A DNA stretch of 63,635 nucleotides, counting the filler, from Platydemus manokwari (taxonomy: Eukaryota): assembly GCA_037951405.1 (NCBI GenBank). It is 6 parts of 6 records of this genome, joined end to end, with 100 filler letters (N's around TTAATTAATTAA, not from the genome) between each part and the next. Parts side by side here need not be neighbours in the genome. Positions count along the whole stretch, not along the records: positions 32,037 to 42,255 come from JBBMOY011157216.1; positions 42,356 to 51,840 come from JBBMOY011242541.1; 4 more parts are not named here. One strand, 5' to 3'. A program made the translations under genes and the position numbers. Positions 38,011 through 51,940 of this stretch are shown one piece after another (positions within the stretch are counted from its first letter, which is position 1; every line of letters begins with the position of its first letter). Below the pieces are notes generated by a model. That model had not been told where the DNA came from. It ran no database searches and saw nothing but the letters and a program-made list of their open reading frames with translations.

Positions 38011-41000
38011 GTAAATGGTAAGTTAATTTTAATGTTATCAATTTATTTTGAAAAATTAATTTACCAAAAATAAAAATAAAGATCACCTGCTGCTACAGAT
38101 ACAATGAATTATTTTAAATAAAATTTCCGTATTAAGCAATTGAAAGTCGAATACAATGATTTGTTCTTGCTGTATTGAGTAATAAACGATTATCATGAGA
38201 TAACAATGGTTCATTTATCAAGATAATTCTTCAATGGATACGTAACAAGAATAATATTTCTATTTCAGATTTCTTAAGTCTTCGTAACTGATGAATTTGT
38301 AAGAAGCTAATGAGGCCCGTAAAATTTGATGTTTATTTAAATCAGGGCTTTGTTTTTGTAAAGGGCAATTTTATTTTGGCCTGGTCTTATAATACTATTT
38401 TCCAATTCGTAAATTTTTGTTTTATGCTAATATTCTATTATTGGGATTTACTAATACTATTTTTATTCCATTATTTTTAAGGTTACTATATTTAGTAACG
38501 AATTTATTTTATTTCTATTAGGTAGGATAATTTCTATTTTTATTTTTGGACAAAATAATATATTTTATTTAGGATAAGTCAGTCTGAAAATTGGAAAAAA
38601 AATGTATTTGTCTTCATTATCATAATTTATTATAGGGTTGTATCCAAAAGTACTTTATAAGAAAAAGTTTTATCATAGAAGATAGAAAGAAAATATTAAT
38701 ATAAGATCAAAATCTATATAATATATACCTTGGTGAATCGAAACGAGCAAAAATGTGACTTAATAATAATAAATACCAAATGAATAAAGATAAAATATGG
38801 CACCAAGCACATTTAAAGACACAAATAAAAGCAAGTGTATTTACATAGCAAAAATCTCAAGGATAAAAACAGCAAAACACAAAAAGCTATTGCAGATAGA
38901 GGGTTGACAAGAACAAGGCGACAAATAATGTAAATTAGCTTAAAATCATCACATTGGCCATTGTTATATTGGTAAACAAACGATCACAAAATCTTGCGAT
39001 TTAAGTAGAAATCATCCGCCAAAGCCTGATATTTCCCTCTATATATAAATAATTATTCCTACAATAGTCCACATACTACTGCAGAAGCACTTTGCAGGAA
39101 CAACAAAAAGTCCGTGTCGAGTGAAATAATATATTAACACGAATAATAATACATCATTTGGTATAGCGAGCCGAGACACACAAAATTTCCAATTCAACAA
39201 TAAATATAAAACCATCAAATAATCCAATACTTTTACTACTGCACCACAGGTGATTCCAACGTGATGAATTGTTGTCCTTTATTATAAAGAACAAAATGAT
39301 TTATCTCAAATACAATTCCGATGATATCTCTTATTTAAATTTTATAATGGGAAAGATCAATGCTTTATTTACACTTTTATATTAATTTTTGGTAGAGATT
39401 TCTGGCATGTGTGTTGCACCAAAATTGATGTAATTATTATTTTCTATTTTTAAATTAATGTTCCTTTAATTGACTTAAAAATTATCTCTTGTAATAAAAA
39501 ATTAATCATTTCTATTCAACATCTTCTTTACTTTTGCGTCATTTCGATGGCAAACTTTAATTTATATTCTATTATTGACCAATGGGATTAAGGGGATATT
39601 TATTTTTTCTTTCTAAACTAGTTATCTACTTTTAATTATTTCGATTTCATTTGTTATGAACCCACATGGTCTATGATCAAGATGATTTTACTTTTATCTA
39701 CAAAAGCTTGATTTCTTGACAAATTGCACTTTAGAAAGATAAGAGCTGTATGATGATGAGATGGGAATTCTGTGAGAATATAAAAGTTGAACAAATGAGA
39801 AAGAATTTGTTATGATGTTCATGAAAATTTGAAATTATATTTGATCAAGTATCGAGGATTACCAATTGGTAAAATAAAAGTTTGAGGTTTTTATATTTCA
39901 TCTATCGAACTTTATTAGCTTGCCTTTCGTAGATGTGATTCAGTAAGGATGGTTGGTAGGTTGGAATAGTAAATAATTTGTAATTCTAATGGCCTGTATC
40001 ACTCATTATTGTTGCTAACGATTATGTGATTTGCTAAACGGTTGATGTCATGTTGGATTCGAAAATTATATATTCATGGTTTTCCAGATTGCGATGATTG
40101 TGATGATTGTGATGATTGCGATGCGATAGTTCATAAATTTATTTCACATCATAATTTATTAGCTTTCGTCACATAGGGGGTCTCATAGATTTTTTATCAA
40201 CTCTCAAACAAAATGTTGCAGACAACATCATTTAAACAACAGGAAGCAATAACAACAAGAACCAAAAAAATATTGATAATAAGCTCTTGTCGAGATAGAA
40301 TTACCTCTGATTTTATTAATTTATTGTTGCTATTATATACGATAATGTAATTGTTTATGATGACCAGCAAGGAAAATATATTGCTATTATTATTATTATT
40401 ATCATCATCATTATATTATTATATAAAATATTATTATCGTGATTAATCTTGATTATAACGATTAGATTTGAATTCATTTACCGCTGGGCAGTGCATATCA
40501 TGGTTTTTTTTTCTGAAAGATGCCATTTAGCCCTCCCAGTTATTATTGTTGATATTTTTAATCCAATTTTAAGAATCCAGAATTCTTAGTTATAAATTAT
40601 CCCACTTAGTGTTAAGCTATACTTTCATATATCTGAAATAATATTTCATATAAAGATATTTCCACACAATTGAAAATCTTCTACCGGAAATAATTCTACC
40701 AGATGAGAATAGAGAGAGCTTACAGACAAAGAATTTGAAAATGAATGACTTTACTTAGTCACTTGGTATTGCTATGAAATCTATGTTCTTCCCACGATTT
40801 TTACTTCTCGTAAAGATTGATTTTACAATTTATAATATGTTTCATGCAGCCATAAATTGACACCAGACTCTAATCCTAGAGACATCCAATCATATATATT
40901 TATAAACTTTATCACAAAATTCATTAAAGAACATTCCCTACGGTAATAATAAATCAGATTTTCCCAAAATACTTCAAAAATAAATCAAAATTCAGCAAAA

Positions 41001-41599
41001 ACTGGTCAATAAAGATTTTCCAAATTGCGTAAAGATGTTCTTGAAATAGATGACAAACATGTGGCATAATAAAATAACAAATTTATCGGTGAATCTATGG
41101 ATAATTATAAAGATCATTTATTCAAGAGTCAATTGCTGCTGGTGTCCAGGAAATCATCAACCAAATAAATAAATAGAGAAGAGAGAGAAATTAGTTCGAA
41201 TCGTGTTCGTCAATCTGATGAAAAGCCTTAATGTCTGTTGGTTCAGTAAGTCACAAGTAGTCAAACGCACACCTTTTCATTGATTATATGACGAGTAACC
41301 ATGAACATTTAGGCGAACATTTACTATGTTATTTACTTTGTTATTTAGTGTCTTCCAATTAGCTCCGAATGGTGTATATACTAGTTGCCGCCTTTCCCAA
41401 GTTAACTTATCAGTAAAATAGTGTGTATGTTGAGCCCGTCTCTAATATAAATAATTCTCGCCGCAAGTCACTTATTTGGACACACCGAACACTTGTTTAT
41501 CTTTTATCAAATCTGGTCCTGATTTTAAATAATTATAGATTTCTTTTGTTTTGGTTTATTTCAATCACGTGCGTTATTCTACCCAATCGTAAACATATA

Positions 41600-41725
41600 C
41601 AGTATTCTTTTTCCTAGCCACCACATTTTTCCGATGATAAAAAATAAAAATTCTATGTGACTGCTCTTCTTTATTATTTTTATTGTAAAAAACTTTTCTT
41701 CACCGCCACATTTTTCCAATTCCTG
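41600..41725 (+). repeat. Non-autonomous interspersed repeat (MITE-like), copy 2
   Basis: Homologous to 27295-27420. Confidence 0.7.
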
Positions 41726-42255
41726 TAATTCGAAAAATATCAAACTGAATACAGCTAAATGGTTTCATGACCACACGACAACAGCAGAACATGGTTTGAG
41801 ATGATCATTCTTTAAATCAATATTTATAAAATTCCAATAATTCCAATTCGATCACCATGGAGTCGATATTGATTGGCTTACTACTACAATAAAATGAAAT
41901 CCTTTTTTATAATAAAATTTGTTTTAATTATCACAGCTAATATTAGATGCTAAATCATCTGGAAAATGATGTTGTTCAAATCTTTCACAGCACACTTATT
42001 AATAATTTAATGAAGAATGACTGAAACAAGATTATTTTATCAAATCATCATCATCATCACCACCTTCATCATCATTATCATCATTATTTTAATTAAATTT
42101 TATTATCATTTAATCGTACATAATCGATTTTCTGTACAAAATTATTTTATTTATTTTATCAGAAATAAATTCGATCATCCCTCAAATGCTTTGTCAATGA
42201 TTTGTCATCAATCAATCTTTAATAATAATAATAATATCATTATAATTATAATAAT

Positions 42256-42355
42256 NNNNNNNNNNNNNNNNNNNNNNNNNNNNNNNNNNNNNNNNNNNNT
42301 TAATTAATTAANNNNNNNNNNNNNNNNNNNNNNNNNNNNNNNNNNNNNNNNNNNN
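42256..42355. other. Artificial contig linker
   Basis: N44-TTAATTAATTAA-N44. Confidence 0.99.
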
Positions 42356-42736
42356 GAGATTAGTGTAAACTTTCAAATTTTTCAAGCAAAATTACAATTA
42401 GAACAATGTTTATTTAGTTAATATATTAAATTAATATCACATTTATTAAATGAATTGAATTATTAATAACATATTAACATTTGAAAATCATAATTAATAA
42501 AATTACAAAGTCATTTATTACAAAATATAATAAAATTCATGATAATTAAACATTTCTGACATTCGTTTTAATTAATCAGAAAACATTTATTATTTTGCAA
42601 ATATTTTAAGAATGACAATAGTTAGCTTCGACCAAATTTTCATATATTAATAATTTTGATTAAAATTCACATTTTTAACATCAGTATTTCAATGGAATAA
42701 CATTTATTAGAAACTATTAACATAACATTCTTTTAG

Positions 42737-45700
42737 ATCACCGATAAAATGTCAAATGTTCACAAAATAACGATCCTAGAAAAAATCAATCAAATGTTTG
42801 TCTGTTCAATTTGTTGTGATATGAAAGCTGGTAACAATTGTAAACCATTTGCAACATCGAATCCGTCTCTTTTTCTCGAACATCAACGATGTTGTCATTC
42901 ATCCATCAATGAATTTGAATGTATTTATTGTTGTTGTCATTTGCCAAGCGTCAATTTGATGCAACATATTCAAAACCATTTCACCGAACCTTCAACGGAT
43001 AATCGATTCACTTGTCCTCATTGTTCGGATCGAGTGAAAATCAACATTGCCAGTTGTTTGAACCATTTGGAAATCAATCATCCCCAACTGGTGCCGGATT
43101 GTCCATATTGTCGACACATGTTTTCTAATCGAACAGACCTGCTTCATCATTTGCAGAAACATTTCCTATACGTATTCCATTGTTCATTCGATAATTGTTT
43201 CGTAAAGAGTCACAATAAGCATGGTGTTCTTGAACACTTGAAACGAGTCCACAACGGATCTCGATGTCTCAAGGTTGAATGTGTGGTAATAATTAATTTT
43301 AATTATCATTTATTTTCTTTTTTTACTAGTTTTCTTATTTATATTTTATATTATAATTATATGATGATAATATATAAATATTTTTCAATTGTCTAAAAAT
43401 GCTCCATAATAAAGTATGACGCAACGACTTTGAAATTAATTGTATAATCATCTATAATAATAATCATCACCATCATCATCATCAACTGTTATTTCATGTA
43501 TCAAATCGCTGTCAACGATAAACTAAATATTCTGGCCATCTTCTATCTTAAAATCTATGTTTTATTGCTCATCTCACACAATGGATTGCCACATATTGCG
43601 CACCCTTGAAAAAATGGAGTTGTTCAGTGATGCGATCACACATCTAGTGGGTGCGGTTGTTTGCTATCAGACCTGACGAGATGTGATAAAGAGCAATTTA
43701 TTAATATCGCGTATATTATATTCTACAGTGTGTTTAATTGTGTGGACTTTTCTATTAGATTTGATTTGATTCTTTATTTGTTGAGAATGATGTTGCTGCT
43801 ACTAATGCAAGATATCTCCTTACAACTTTTCTCGAAATGTTTACTGATGTATAACGAACAGGTATTATATGACCACTTTGACTTGAGATTAAAGAGGGTT
43901 TCTGTCATTGATGCTGCGACTTGGGCTTAGGTGTTCTCTATCAATCTTTTTTTTATCGATCTGTCTGGGTGTCAACGAAACATTCAGTATTTGACCACAG
44001 TCGATTGTGCGCGCATTTATTGCTTTAGAACAACGATTTCTGTTGTGCTCAATCATCCGTGACTGCGACGGTTATTCATTTCTGCACCCAGTGACCAGAT
44101 TCACGACACAACCTACACTCAGTCACTTGAGTTTCGGTAATCTTCTTTGTGCGGTTTGGTGGTATACAAATGATGAGAATGCAGATTTAAACAATGGCTC
44201 TGAGAGCAACTATTTCGTTTTGTGTTGCTAGCAGGCATCGCTCTAATGACCATCTTGATGCCGAAAATCACAGACCGTTATCAATTATTATGACAGAAGC
44301 GGTCTTATTTTTCAATGGTTTTCTTTTTTCTTATCTTTCTGTTTCAGTATCAATGCTTATATCAACGAAATTAATTGGTACCCCGTTATTGGTCACCAAT
44401 TGTCTATGACTGAAGCATTTTCTGAAATCTCAAAAAGAATTGATTGATTTTTTAATTTTTACTGCACATTTTTATTTGTCCACTTATTTCAATTTAATAA
44501 AAGGTTGTTCATCATTTTTAAAATTTTCTTTCACATTTTGTTCACATGAATACTTATTCGCTACTCATTCAGTTAACGTGTGCGGAACGTATGTCATCAA
44601 AGGGCCAGTGTAACTGTAACCTCAACAATAGTGAACTGCAATCTCCCCAATCACCTTTAAAAATTAATAGTCCTCCTACAGATGATTGTCAGATGATTAA
44701 TCTACCATATTCCACCCGAGTGCTCAGTAAATTGTCATCGGGTTTCGATGAAAGATTGAGAGAAGATCTAATTAGCAAAATGGCTCAATATTCTAAATTT
44801 AAAGTTCGTCTGGAAATAGTGGATGGTCAGAAGCAATTTGTGTGTTCTACATGCCAATATCGATCAGTACATTCTTTAGCAGATGTTCGAAAGCATATTT
44901 TGGGCTGTCATTGCAGCGTCAGTACAAGTTATACGCGCTTATGTTTACGTGCCAGTCGCTTGGATACGAACACGTTCTCTCTGTTTTCCGATCGCAAATT
45001 GATTTCATTTGCCAATGAAAAATTGAAGAGAGCTGAATCTGGAACAGGATGGGATGCAAATGGAGACAGTAGTGCAATGCAATTATTGGATGATAGCGAG
45101 CCGGAACAGGAAAGTCCAGTTGATACAGTTACTAGACCTATTAAGCGCGGTTTACTATCTAGTGGCACGATGGGATCAATTAAACGAGCTAAAATGACGC
45201 AACGCCAGAGCCATTCAGCTAAAATGAGACCAGATTCACCGGTACCGGAGGTAAACATGTAGCATTCATATAATAAATGTCCGCGTGTTGCCGTGTTTGT
45301 GTGTACACTGTGATTTTGATTGGATAATAAATTCATTGATTATTTCAGGTCGGTCAGCCACTGGCACGGAATGAAAAAATAGACCGCGTCATTCATCTCA
45401 ATTATTCTTGGCACGTACTTGAGCGATTGGTCGCAGGTCAGTGCCCAGAGCGTTATTTGCCGATATTGCGACAGAAAATGGATGTATACGCCTTACATAG
45501 TATTCTTCTCACCAGGCGCAATGGCAAGCGCTACTTTCTGTGTTCTCATTGTCCAAATTGTTCGCCTCACGGTATGAACGATATACGCAAACATATCCTC
45601 GGGGTTCATGCTCGCCTTCCCGAGCGTTTCAAGGCGGCAGCTATGTACTGCTCTCGAATGAACCGTGACAATTACGGTCTCTTATCCGATGATGAATTAC

Positions 45701-46188
45701 TCAAGAAAAACCAAGACATGGTTCGATGGCGAAAGGTGCCGTCAAATAATAGTGATGATAATTTAATGGACCCGTTACCACCTTTGCAACCCGCAACATG
45801 CTATGAAGATAGTTCTCCGATCTCGCAGTCTCAGAACAAGTCTCATAATATCTTCTTGTCTGGTGACAATGGGGAAACGAGTCCACTATCGACGGTTCCA
45901 GATGCATTTTCTGACCAATTATCTTTTAATCATCAAAACAATATCGAGCTGCAATTTCCCTACAATATTTTCGGCAACATCAGCAATACAACAACGAAAA
46001 ATCCGAGCAATGCCTCCAATGAGTCGTCACCGAAGATCGATGACAATTCTTCAGTGACATCATCTGTCAACATTATCAATCAGCATAGCAACGGTCGCAG
46101 TCGGCGCTCTCTCGTACTCAAGTCGAGGAGCAACAATACCAGTAACAACAGCAACAACCACAACTATGTTAGCAACGCCACAATCTAG
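42737..46188 (+). CDS. Multi-C2H2 zinc-finger protein (exons 42737-43285, 44573-45250, 45349-46188; possibly 5'-incomplete)
   Basis: Three phase-0 GT-AG exons. Five C2H2 fingers in the first exon (e.g. CPYCRHMFSNRTDLLHHLQKH), two atypical fingers (CSTC...DVRKHILGCH; CSHC...DIRKHILGVH) and an Asn/Ser-rich tail. An acceptor ttttag lies 12 nt before the ATG at 42749. Confidence 0.88.
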
Positions 46189-46489
46189 CAAATATTGTCA
46201 ATAATTATCATACATTACCATCAGCGCGATTGGCAATGAGCACCGCTCTGGAAATGTCACATTTTCCAGCACCAGATTTATGTGCTACTGCTTGTTGTCA
46301 ATGTAATCGATAAATAATTCTGGTCGCGATGTATTCTTGTGATTCTGCTTTGTGCTGCAATTCATAGAAACAGATATTCACTGCACATCGGTGGCCGTCG
46401 TGTGTTGCAGAGATGCTGCAAGAGCCTGCGAGAAACTGAGAGAAGTGGTATTTGTCTCTGTCTCACTCTTGTGCCATTACAGCTTTGTT

Positions 46490-46765
46490 TTTATTATAGT
46501 TATTATTATGATAATGATGATGATTATTATTATCATTCTTATTATGATTATTATTATATTATCATTATTATAATGATAATAATAATTATTATTTCTATTA
46601 TTTGAGATCTGTGCTACATCTCATCGGCATTTAATTCTGTGGACAAACATTGATAACTTTATTGATGAATGCTCAACCGGTCATCTGTGTACTCTCTGTG
46701 CACTGTTAAGATGAGATGATGCTGATGCCGATGATGATGATGATGCTGTTGATGATGATGATGAC
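46490..46765. repeat. Degenerate ATT/GAT trinucleotide tracts in the 3' region of the zinc-finger gene
   Basis: Runs of ATT, ATC and GAT units. Confidence 0.8.
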
Positions 46766-47626
46766 TATTTGTTTCTGTCGCTCTGTGTTATTCTTGCTAT
46801 TTTATCACTACATCATATCTGTTGTAGCTATTTTATCACCACTGTCTACTCGTGCTCTCGACAATGTGATGCCTTTATTCAGTATATTGATTTTGTATTT
46901 AATAAAATGTAATCATAATAATAATGATGATGATGGTAGCTTGGACAAGTTGAAACTTGTCGAAGATGACCGAGAGAGATTTATGACAAAATTTTACACA
47001 ACAGACTCAACGAAATTTCGGATATTTCGTCATTTAGATATTATCGTTCACACAAGTGCTTGCCAAGTTAGATAAGACAATTATGATTGTCGAGGTACGA
47101 GACGAGCAGGTTGAATATGAATGAATATATGAATTTATGTTTCAATGAGTAGTTTGAAATGGTCGTTTTTTATCTGACATACCAACTAGATAAATCATTT
47201 TACTGTTGTACTGCCTGCTTGAACTTCGTTCTAGCTAGATTTAAGTGAGTTCGAAAAGTAGTCTCATGAACGCTATGTCAGAGAGATATAAGCTTGAGAG
47301 CATCTAAATAATTGACCACATGACAGATACAATGCACAATATGATCTCTGTGAAGAATCGGCTGTCGTCACAAGAATTATACATTTTTAAATAATATTCA
47401 TTTTTTATTATAACAATTTTGAATCGATCTTATTAATAATTAATGACGTCATTATATTATGATTGTGGAACATCTGGTTTTATTCACGAGATAAATCATA
47501 TCATTATTTAATAATAATGCCCGATAAATGATATTTATTATTAATAAATAATTCAATTCGATAAAACAAAACCAACAACAATATATTTATCATTAAAAAA
47601 TAATCACAATTCTATAAAAGTCATCA

Positions 47627-49218
47627 TCACTTCTTTTTACCTTTACCGCTTTTCTTTCCTTTTTTACCTTTACCGCCTTTCTTTCCTTTTCTCTTTTTCT
47701 TACCATAAGGTCCAAGACCTTGTCGAACACAAATAGTTCGCCACCAACATTGAATTTTCAAAGATGACGCAATTTCCATGGCCTCCTTTTCTTTGATTCG
47801 AAGCATTTTCTCTTTTTCAATGCGATCATTGATAACAACAGTTTCATATTGGACATACTAAATATATATATATATATTATATCAATCATAGATCATGAGC
47901 GCACATACATATATATCTATCATAAATCATGCACACACACACATATATATACAATATATCTCATTACTCACCGTCATTGTTAAATCTTTTAATCGTTGTA
48001 AATCTTTATTCTTATTACTATTCAAAGCTCCTAAATTTCTTTTTAATGTTTCTGTATCAATCTCATATTTCTGTGACCAATGTTTGGTTTTAATTTGTAT
48101 TTGATCTAAATAATCTCTCAACCAACTATCAGTCTCATTATGTACTCGTTGTTCATTATCAATCATTCGATCTAAACATATCAATTCATTATGAAGATTT
48201 TGTTCCATTTGTTGACAGATTTTAATCGTTTGATTGACTTGTCCATCACATTTTGCTCGAATATATTTCAATTCCATACTTGTTTTAGCTTTGGTTTCTT
48301 GTAATTGATCTTTTAAATGAGCTATCATTTCATTACGATTTTGAATTTCTTCTAATTCTAAATATTTTACTTCTTCGATTTCTTTTTTTAATTCTTTGAT
48401 TCTTTTACGACTTTGTTCCTCACTAAAAAATGATAATAAAATGTTATCAATTAATCAATCAATCAACAAATCCATCATTAATTCATTTCTATCCGTGTAT
48501 ATGAACATTAATTTGACTTACTTTTTGATAACATCCTGTAATTGTTGTTTCATATGAACTTCATTTTCAACCGTGTTCAATAGATAATCAAATGAGCCTT
48601 TGTCAAACAATTCTTTCCATGTTTTCGTCAATATTTCTTGCAGAAATAGTCTGTTTTTGGAATAATATTTTGATTTTTTATTAATTAACATTTATTATTT
48701 ATTTATATATTTAATAATAAATAGGGTTATATAATATTTAAATCATAATTAATCAATAACCTGTCCTCTTGAACTTTTTTAATGTTTTCCGATGTTAAGG
48801 GATTGTGGTTCATATTTCTCGAAAACACATGAACCGAATTTTTTAATTCACCTGTCAAATCTTTGATTTGATTTTTTAGATATTCATTCTCACTTGGTAA
48901 AACTAATTATTATTTAAAAATTATTTTTCATAATATGTTCTTACGGCCTTTAGAATTACTATACTTTGATAGTACATGTTGAAATCGTGTCTCAATGTCC
49001 ATATTATTTATAAGAATTTCTTCAACTTCACCATTTAAAATCTAATATTACAGTCAAAAACGTAAATTAATGTAGCTCATATATAAGCTTACATCTAAAA
49101 CGTCGGGTTGTTCGACATAACTATAAGGCATTATTTTACCAAGAATATCAAGTTGTCGGACATTATCTTCCAGTGCAGTAGCTAAAGCTATTGCTTCAGA
49201 ATCATAAATAGCAGACAT
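47627..49218 (-). CDS. IQCG: IQ domain-containing protein G / dynein regulatory complex subunit 9 (6 exons, 391 aa)
   Basis: Exons 49093-49218, 48945-49041, 48761-48902, 48522-48650, 47972-48422 and 47627-47857 join in frame (1176 nt). Signatures NEMIAHLKDQLQETKAKT, WSQKYEIDTE, YETVVINDRIEKE, the IQ motif KIQCWWRTICVR and a GKK-rich tail match IQCG/DRC9. Confidence 0.93.
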
Positions 49219-49239
49219 AAATTAAAATTGATTTATATG

Positions 49240-49253
49240 GTTACTATGACACC
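49240..49253 (-). promoter_or_regulatory. Putative RFX X-box upstream of IQCG
   Basis: GGTGTCATAGTAAC on the minus strand, about 20 bp upstream of the ATG of a motile-cilium gene; close to the consensus GTTNCCATGGNAAC. Confidence 0.55.
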
Positions 49254-50244
49254 GAATATTTAAACAAATATCTAACTCTGTTGATATAAAAAAATATTTT
49301 TTATTTGTAGTTATCTTTGTTTTTGTTAATTAAAACACAAATAGTTAAAATTTTTAAGGTCAAGTTTTTATGAATTTATCATAATTATATTATTTATTTT
49401 TGAATCAATTAATTTTATAACAATAAGCCTTTTTAGAAAATAATAAAATTAATTTTAATATCGAATTAAACTTCTAATAAGAAAATATTAAAAAATTGAA
49501 AAAGGAAAAGCCTTTAAATTAATTGTAATTAAACATAGAATATCAACCTGGAGTCAATTTCATTTAAAAATGACAAAATATAATAGTGAGCATATTACAT
49601 TGCTCTTATCGGCTCAATTTTTAATTATTAAATCTTAATTTCATTGTAAATCGGATAAACTTCATTAAAATAAATTAATGTTTGAAAAAAATGCAAAGAA
49701 AAAATCTCTGAAACTGAGGACTTATTTTTATGGCTTTATTGCGGATAATCACATAGTTAGGCCTAAGGATATACTTCTAATCCAGTCAGGGATAAACTAA
49801 CCAACATTTCTGTTGTATTGCATATATCGCATGAACAGGAAGCAGATGTTTACCAATATTTTTGTAGTAGGGCGAATCAGGCATTGGTAGCATTCTTTCA
49901 AAAAACAAAATATCATGTTCTTTATAATATTTTGCACTCAAGAAATGTCATACTTTCAATAAAAAAACAAACATAACAAGCCATATTTTAAAAAATATAT
50001 TGATTTTATTTTTCGGGGTTTAACCCCATAGGCACAAAATACAATAATACAGAAATAAATGTATAAACACAAACATATAAATAATACAATATAATTCAGA
50101 ACATAAATGTGGGCTTAAAATGATAAATATAAAATCAGGATTAAATGACTAATGTTGGGGTTTATAATGTATTTTGGGTTTAGTTAATTTGGGTTTAAAT
50201 TATTTGATATCCCAACGTGTGTGTGCATGTTCTCCTTATTTACT

Positions 50245-50680
50245 GATAATTTTGCAACACCTGACTCCAAAGGTGCAGTGTATAATAACTATAACAATAT
50301 TGATATAAATAACAATAAAATCCGCTTATAAATATATATTGAGTTCTAAATTTTAAACACACAGTATAGGTAACTTGATCTATGAGAATACAAATACTAG
50401 ATTTTAGTAAGGTTGATTAACAAATAACCAGGCACAAGAGGGCTTATTTGACGATTAATTGATTTATGATTAACCGCTGGATTTTAGAGACACTATGCAG
50501 ATAGAGTGTTTAGATTTTGTTTGGTCTCTTATGGGTAACCCTGTAAGAGCCCTTGATTTGATTTTATTGGAGGTTAGGCCTACTTGGCACCCTAACCCCT
50601 TAGACTGGATTTGTTTTGAGTTTTATTTTTAGATGCGAGTACTTTTAGTTGAACTGGGTTCAAGCTAGAGATTGTATGTT
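50245..50680 (-). mobile_element. LTR family B 3' part and PBS-like junction
   Basis: TGACTCCAAAGGTG at 50262 with downstream motifs collinear to 37597-38010. Confidence 0.65.
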
Positions 50681-51164
50681 ATGGATGCTTGCTCGTTAAG
50701 GATACAAATATTTTTATGATATTTCTTTTGATAGGTGAAGATTAAATATTAATCACAAATTCGTTATAGATTCAATAAGACGTTTAAATAAAATATAATT
50801 CAAAGATTGGTTATTGGTTTTATAAGATATTTTATTAGACAGAAAAATACCAGTACAACGATCTTTGTTGTTGGTTTTTAATTGTGATTTAATATGATTG
50901 ATTAAAATTAGAATCAATAATATATCATATGAATGCTTTACAACAAATATACTATGATAGATTATAATTATTATATCAGATAAATGCTTTACGATTATTA
51001 TTACTAACAATGATTCCTTACAATTATTCTGATGGTGACTATCTGTTGGAAGGCACTTTCCTTTATCTCTTCGTAGGCTGATTTCTTCTTGTTTCCCTGT
51101 TGGGTCCCCTTCTCTAGGTTTGTCAGCTCATTCCTTTCGTTTTCTAAGACGGTTTCGCTTTATA

Positions 51165-51278
51165 GCTCCTTGTTTCGTTTTTTAGTGACGTTTCTTGTTT
51201 TTCAGTGAGGCTTCTTGTTTCGTTTTTCAGTGACATTTCTTGTTTTTTAGTGACGCTTCTTGTGTCGTTTTTCAGTGA
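51165..51278. repeat. 45-bp tandem repeat (2.5 copies)
   Basis: The minus strand reads SLKNDTRSVTKKQEM / SLKNETRSLTEKQET / SLKNETRS. Confidence 0.85.
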
Positions 51279-51840
51279 TGATAGAATACTCCTTTTATAA
51301 CAGAAAGCTGAGACGATTGTCGATTCTTGTCAATGATGAGAATAATAATTTTCTGACTGATTTGAGACAATTATAGTTGAGAAAATTATCTGTGAGAATT
51401 GCGACAGAAAACCAATTATCCGTGATAAATTGCTGTTGCTGCCGGAGGAGGCAATTATTTTGATTTTGAGAGAGAAGCAATTAGTTTTAGTAAATTCTTT
51501 TGATCAGTGAAGATCTTTTGCTTAATTTGTCGTTCGTGATTTATTTTATTTTGCGCGGGTTTTAATTTCTTTCTTGTCTTTTAATATTAATTTGATTTCT
51601 TTGGTCTCTTCTTTCTCTATTTTTCATCCATATTATTACTATTTTTGTCTTAAAATTCTTCATTTTCTATTTTTACCTGCTGCTATTTTTGAAATAATTC
51701 ATTTTGTTGTTTATTAATTCGTAGGGTTATTTCAAGAAATAAAATCTCTGGTAAGTAATATAATTAATATTTATGTTATAATTTTTAATTACATCTATTA
51801 TTTTATATTGTTTTTGCTTGTTTTATTATTGCTTATTTTA

Positions 51841-51940
51841 NNNNNNNNNNNNNNNNNNNNNNNNNNNNNNNNNNNNNNNNNNNNTTAATTAATTAANNNN
51901 NNNNNNNNNNNNNNNNNNNNNNNNNNNNNNNNNNNNNNNN
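51841..51940. other. Artificial contig linker
   Basis: N44-TTAATTAATTAA-N44. Confidence 0.99.

Noticed and set aside
39000-39260. hAT transposase dimerisation-domain remnant (FVVPA..SASA on the minus strand)
   Set aside because: Too degenerate; the ERxFS motif is absent and no other hAT motifs or TIRs were confirmed.
44929-46057. Overlapping or antisense ORFs 44929-45336, 45701-45907 and 45803-46057
   Set aside because: Shadow frames of the GC-richer zinc-finger exons.
46339-47075. ORFs rich in Ile/Met/Tyr runs (also 42017-42307)
   Set aside because: Products of ATT/ATC/GAT microsatellites.
51165-51278. CRISPR-like repeat-spacer array (also 4857-5095)
   Set aside because: The units are degenerate tandem repeats without unique spacers, in a eukaryotic context.
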